Assembly: GCA_000708835.1 (NCBI GenBank) | Contig: DF237729.1 | Coordinates: forward strand, 1 to 33,404 | From: Klebsormidium nitens | Taxonomy: Eukaryota; Plantae; Klebsormidiophyceae | DNA length: 33,404 nucleotides | Reading direction: 5' to 3' | In this document: in pieces, positions 31,301 to 33,404 of the stretch | Numbering within the stretch: position 1 is the first letter of the stretch | Layout: each line of letters begins with the position of its first letter | Translations under genes and position numbers: made by a program | Notes under the pieces: generated by a model | What the model saw: only the letters and a program-made list of their open reading frames with translations | What the model was told of the DNA's origin: nothing | Databases searched by the model: none

Positions 31301-32487
31301 ATTGTTGCAGCCGCAGTGACGAGGGGCAAGACGAATATGGACACTGTGCATGAAAGGCACTGTAGTGACAAGACAAGTTGGTCACAAGTCGCTAGCAATC
31401 ACCGTTGTATTGATGATGAGGCCTCATTGAGTGGGTCCATACTGAGATTCTCAACTGGAGGGAGTGGCAAATTCACTCAGATTGTTATAAAGGAGTGGCA
31501 TCTCCAAACAATTGTACAACTGTGAGTTTCAAATATATGCTGCTCACCTCAACAGACCCATACAGCTGCTTGTTGTAGCTGTTCTCCAGGATGACAGCGG
31601 TGACCCGCAGGATTTGTAGGAGGGTATCCTTGGACACCGGATGCTGCTCCTGCTTCAGGGTCCCATCTAGCTGAAGCTTCACAGACTCAGGCAGGTGCTT
31701 CTCAAAGTATGCGTCAAAGAAGTTGAGCAGGTCAACCCAGTGGTTGAGATCACCCTGCAGGTCGCAGGTGAGCATGAGTGATTGCAGAAAGAGTTTTCAC
31801 AACTCAGCGGAATTCATGACGCTTTTGTTGCTATAGATCAAGCCAGCTTGCTTGGTGCCTGATCCAATCACAATTATGAATGAATGTTGTTGAACGAGAG
31901 AGTGCCAGAGTGGTTACTCGACCTTCTCACTCTCAAAAACATTCTGGAGGCAATGGGTGTTTTGAGTAACAGGAAGCGATCTAGCATGTAAGACGGGACG
32001 GAACTCATGGACAAAAGACTAGTTGATGTTCATTGATGCCAACCTTGTCATAGTCCCACTTGAAGTTGCGGAGCACATCAGTCAAGCTCTCCGGGGGAGC
32101 TGATGTTACTTCATTCGTACATGCTTTAACTGCATGAGGCTGCAGTTGAAAGGAATGGCATTGGTTTGAAGGAAAGGTATCATGATCAAAACCCTCAATT
32201 TCACCGAGCACCTTTCACTCTGAGAGTACAAGATGAGAGACGTCTCATTTGCACACAAACCACTCGAACTTACACAGCGCTCAATGTCATGTCAAAGCTC
32301 GCATTCTCAGGCAATGACCAGGAACATGAGCAATTCCAGACCATCAAAGTTCGTTGCCTTTCAGATTACTTTCGGAACCCTCCTGGATAACCACTGTGTG
32401 AACTATCAAGGTGCTGTTTGCGGTCAAACAAAGAAAAGCAACATGCATGCTTACCACTTCAGCTGCCTTTCTCTTCTTCGTCTTCAT
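10154..32487 (-). CDS. UPL1: HECT E3 ubiquitin-protein ligase UPL1/UPL2-like (HUWE1/Tom1 family); 25 coding exons, 11940 nt CDS, ~3979 aa
   Basis: Plant-type N-terminus [12 protein letters not shown]...[21 protein letters not shown]. Domains in order: DUF908/DUF913-type ARM region, UBA, UIM, acidic tract, UBM (DUF4414-type) repeats and a complete HECT domain ending [13 protein letters not shown]...GFGFG*. Every junction is GT-AG with consistent phase. Confidence 0.96.
10738..10877 (-). CDS. UPL1: UPL1 exon 24, HECT
   Basis: CTCTCAG|TTGAGGAC ... TCCAAG|GTACGA; (I)EDLKQNTEY...FTTGTSK. Confidence 0.93.
10849..11080 (-). repeat. Triplicated branch point / 3' splice site / exon-24 start
   Basis: GCTGACGTCA...(AG)|T(T/C)GAGGACCTGA occurs three times, with exon-start copies at 10877, 10928 and 11039. 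Confidence 0.9.
11513..11819 (-). CDS. UPL1: UPL1 exon 23, HECT
   Basis: TTTCAG|AACGAC ... GACA|GTGAGT; [11 protein letters not shown]...LISGLPEID. Confidence 0.94.
12276..12422 (-). CDS. UPL1: UPL1 exon 22, HECT
   Basis: [25 protein letters not shown]...NLKWMLD|GTGAGT. Confidence 0.94.
12951..13190 (-). CDS. UPL1: UPL1 exon 21, HECT N-lobe
   Basis: [32 protein letters not shown]...FKFVGRV|GTGAGT. Confidence 0.95.
13607..13771 (-). CDS. UPL1: UPL1 exon 20, start of HECT
   Basis: [27 protein letters not shown]...[13 protein letters not shown]|GTATGA. Confidence 0.93.
14067..14931 (-). CDS. UPL1: UPL1 exon 19
   Basis: (G)[14 protein letters not shown]...[11 protein letters not shown]...[21 protein letters not shown]|GTGGGT. 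Confidence 0.93.
15300..15727 (-). CDS. UPL1: UPL1 exon 18
   Basis: GTGCAG|LLALTEVV...LCRLLAHQ-G|GTGAGG, phase 2. Confidence 0.9.
16184..16434 (-). CDS. UPL1: UPL1 exon 17
   Basis: (G)[17 protein letters not shown]...[20 protein letters not shown]|GTATGC. Confidence 0.93.
16888..17089 (-). CDS. UPL1: UPL1 exon 16 (alternative in-frame acceptors at 17200 and 17296)
   Basis: [17 protein letters not shown]...[11 protein letters not shown], matching the plant UPL1 motif PLGKGLLQRLLLNL; donor G|GTGGGT. Confidence 0.88.
17047..17320 (-). repeat. Triplicated 3' splice site / exon-16 start
   Basis: TTGCAG|CC(A/G)TTGGGCAA(G/T)GGCC occurs three times, with exon-start copies at 17089, 17200 and 17296. 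Confidence 0.92.
17734..18033 (-). CDS. UPL1: UPL1 exon 15
   Basis: [27 protein letters not shown]...ILRLLWLAQ|GTGAGA. Confidence 0.92.
18485..18839 (-). CDS. UPL1: UPL1 exon 14, UBM repeats
   Basis: [18 protein letters not shown] and [17 protein letters not shown]|GTGAGT. Confidence 0.93.
19154..19361 (-). CDS. UPL1: UPL1 exon 13, first UBM
   Basis: TTCTGCAG|CCGGCC...; frame gives [18 protein letters not shown]; donor AG|GTAAGT. Not present in the ORF track. Confidence 0.9.
19736..20279 (-). CDS. UPL1: UPL1 exon 12
   Basis: [20 protein letters not shown]...[14 protein letters not shown]; donor G|GTGCGA. Confidence 0.9.
20632..20986 (-). CDS. UPL1: UPL1 exon 11
   Basis: PYPERS...QHPLLSRG...WAEDSQMQ|GTGGGG. 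Confidence 0.88.
21313..21665 (-). CDS. UPL1: UPL1 exon 10, acidic tract
   Basis: CCCGTCAG|[13 protein letters not shown]...; donor AG|GTAAGT, phase 2. Confidence 0.88.
22077..22439 (-). CDS. UPL1: UPL1 exon 9, Asp/Glu-rich tract
   Basis: TTGCAG|RMAVNRMAE...[14 protein letters not shown]...TDEEG|GTAAGC. Confidence 0.88.
22788..24002 (-). CDS. UPL1: UPL1 exon 8
   Basis: GEPKAK...VINQLLEVV...[14 protein letters not shown]...[23 protein letters not shown]...HLQ|GTAGAT. Confidence 0.92.
24514..24852 (-). CDS. UPL1: UPL1 exon 7
   Basis: FLDSGAL...[22 protein letters not shown]...KTDK|GTGGGG. Confidence 0.94.
25368..27275 (-). CDS. UPL1: UPL1 exon 6, containing UBA (~26278-26411) and UIM (~26194-26241)
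   Basis: UBA: [42 protein letters not shown]: [14 protein letters not shown]. Confidence 0.94.
27708..29348 (-). CDS. UPL1: UPL1 exon 5, DUF913-type ARM region
   Basis: [14 protein letters not shown]...[21 protein letters not shown]...[15 protein letters not shown]; donor GAG|GTGAGC. Confidence 0.93.
30046..31113 (-). CDS. UPL1: UPL1 exon 4, DUF908-type ARM region
   Basis: [21 protein letters not shown]...[12 protein letters not shown]...[14 protein letters not shown]; donor CAG|GTGAGA. Confidence 0.94.
31548..31754 (-). CDS. UPL1: UPL1 exon 3
   Basis: [20 protein letters not shown]...[14 protein letters not shown]...SVE|GTGAGC. Confidence 0.94.
32044..32139 (-). CDS. UPL1: UPL1 exon 2
   Basis: AACTGCAG|PHAVKAC...[11 protein letters not shown]|GTTGGC. 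Confidence 0.9.
32455..32487 (-). CDS. UPL1: UPL1 exon 1 (first coding exon), [11 protein letters not shown]
   Basis: ATG at 32487 in context GCAATCATGAAG; donor GTG|GTAAGC. Resembles the basic N-terminus of plant UPL1 (MKLRRRRASEV). Confidence 0.88.
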
Positions 32488-32730
32488 GATTGCTTCGTTC
32501 TCAGAATGCGGTGTGATATCCTGTCCTCCTTCAGCCGGAGGAACCTATGCGGCTTCTGGTGTTGCGGCTTCTGTCAAAATGGTTGCGCAAGCAGCCGCCT
32601 CAGTTCTGAACGAGTTCAAGTTCTTGCTTTCCTTTCAACAGGCTGACTCAGGATGGCAGCGCAGAGCTCAGGCTGTATGCCAGTCTGGGTTTACTATCGG
32701 CGTCGCGGGTCGGCTTGGGGGATAACCATA

Positions 32731-33086
32731 AAGTTTAATACCTATAAGGTACGTTCCCTACAAGGAATTTGTTCAACCGTAGAGGAATACTGTACATGTG
32801 AGGCCCCGGGCAACACTAAAAACCTAGGGTAATGTGACCGACAGACCCTAATGTTACTGGGAAGTGCCCGGTTGTCACCCGGCTGCTTGCGAGACCCTAA
32901 TGTCAGAGGGAGGGCCTGCTTGTCACCCGGTTGCTTGCGAGACCCTAATGTCCCAGGGTAGGCCCGGCTGCTTCTCGGGTACGCACCGCGCTCAGCGCGG
33001 GGTACGACCGCGCAATCATTAAGAGTACAGTCCTCTTACACAATACAGTACCTTATAGGTCACAATGCCTTATAGGTATTGAACTT
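32731..33086. mobile_element. Putative TA-flanked MITE (Tc1/mariner-type signature) upstream of UPL1
   Basis: AAGTTTAATACCTATAAGG (32731-32749) is the inverted match, 18/19, of CCTTATAGGTATTGAACTT (33068-33086). TA flanks both sides. There are extra subterminal copies (GTACCTTATAGG, TACTGTAC/GTACAGT). No ORF. Confidence 0.6.
32844..32975. repeat. ~49-bp tandem repeat x ~2.7 inside the putative MITE
   Basis: GACCCTAATGT at 32844, 32893 and 32941; TTGTCACCCGG(C/T)TGCTTGCGAGACCCTAATGTC appears twice. Confidence 0.88.
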
Positions 33087-33404
33087 TATTTATATCTTGG
33101 GTCGGCCGCTAGCTGGCAGTGGGGGCGCGGCGGCCGCCATGGGCACGTACCATACGAGAACTAGAGGTGTCAGGTTGTCTTTATTTGTTTTGTCGGATAC
33201 ATACTTTGTAACTTCTAACAAATGAAAGTCGCCCTATAGTACAGAACTGCCATAGAACTTGCTGACTTGTATTTAAAAGTGTCCCCTCCTGAGGCGCCCA
33301 TCTGTGCATACACATGCATGTGACATCTGCTACACTCCAGCGCTTGCACAACACACACACACGAGCCGGATATAAAATGGGTCGGCAAAGCCAATGGCAA
33401 CAGT

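Overview
Eukaryotic nuclear DNA from the green-plant lineage. GT-AG introns with CTGAC/CTAAC branch sites, GC-rich exons and a plant-type UPL1 suggest a streptophyte alga such as Klebsormidium; this is an inference. The right two thirds (10154-32487, minus strand) is one complete 25-exon giant HECT E3 ubiquitin ligase (UPL1/UPL2, HUWE1/Tom1 family). I rebuilt it by hand: about 3979 aa, with all intron phases consistent. The left 9 kb looks like an accessory island of apparently intronless ORFs. It holds a Cys/His-rich SWIM-like ORF, two arrays of a ~120-bp repeat flanking an orphan 178-aa ORF, a PIF/Harbinger-type TIR element (TAA TSD, internal N gap), and an F-box + Trp-substituted LRR gene split by one in-frame TAA. 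A second TIR element lies just upstream of UPL1. The most distinctive signals are: (1) tandem duplication of branch point + 3' splice site + exon start at three separate UPL1 introns, several copies in frame; (2) the repeat-ORF-repeat cassette, whose units carry inverted TTGACT motifs; (3) the LRR family with Trp at a normally Leu position. No rRNA, tRNA, CRISPR or prokaryotic features are supported. All counts and alignments were done by eye, with no database searches.
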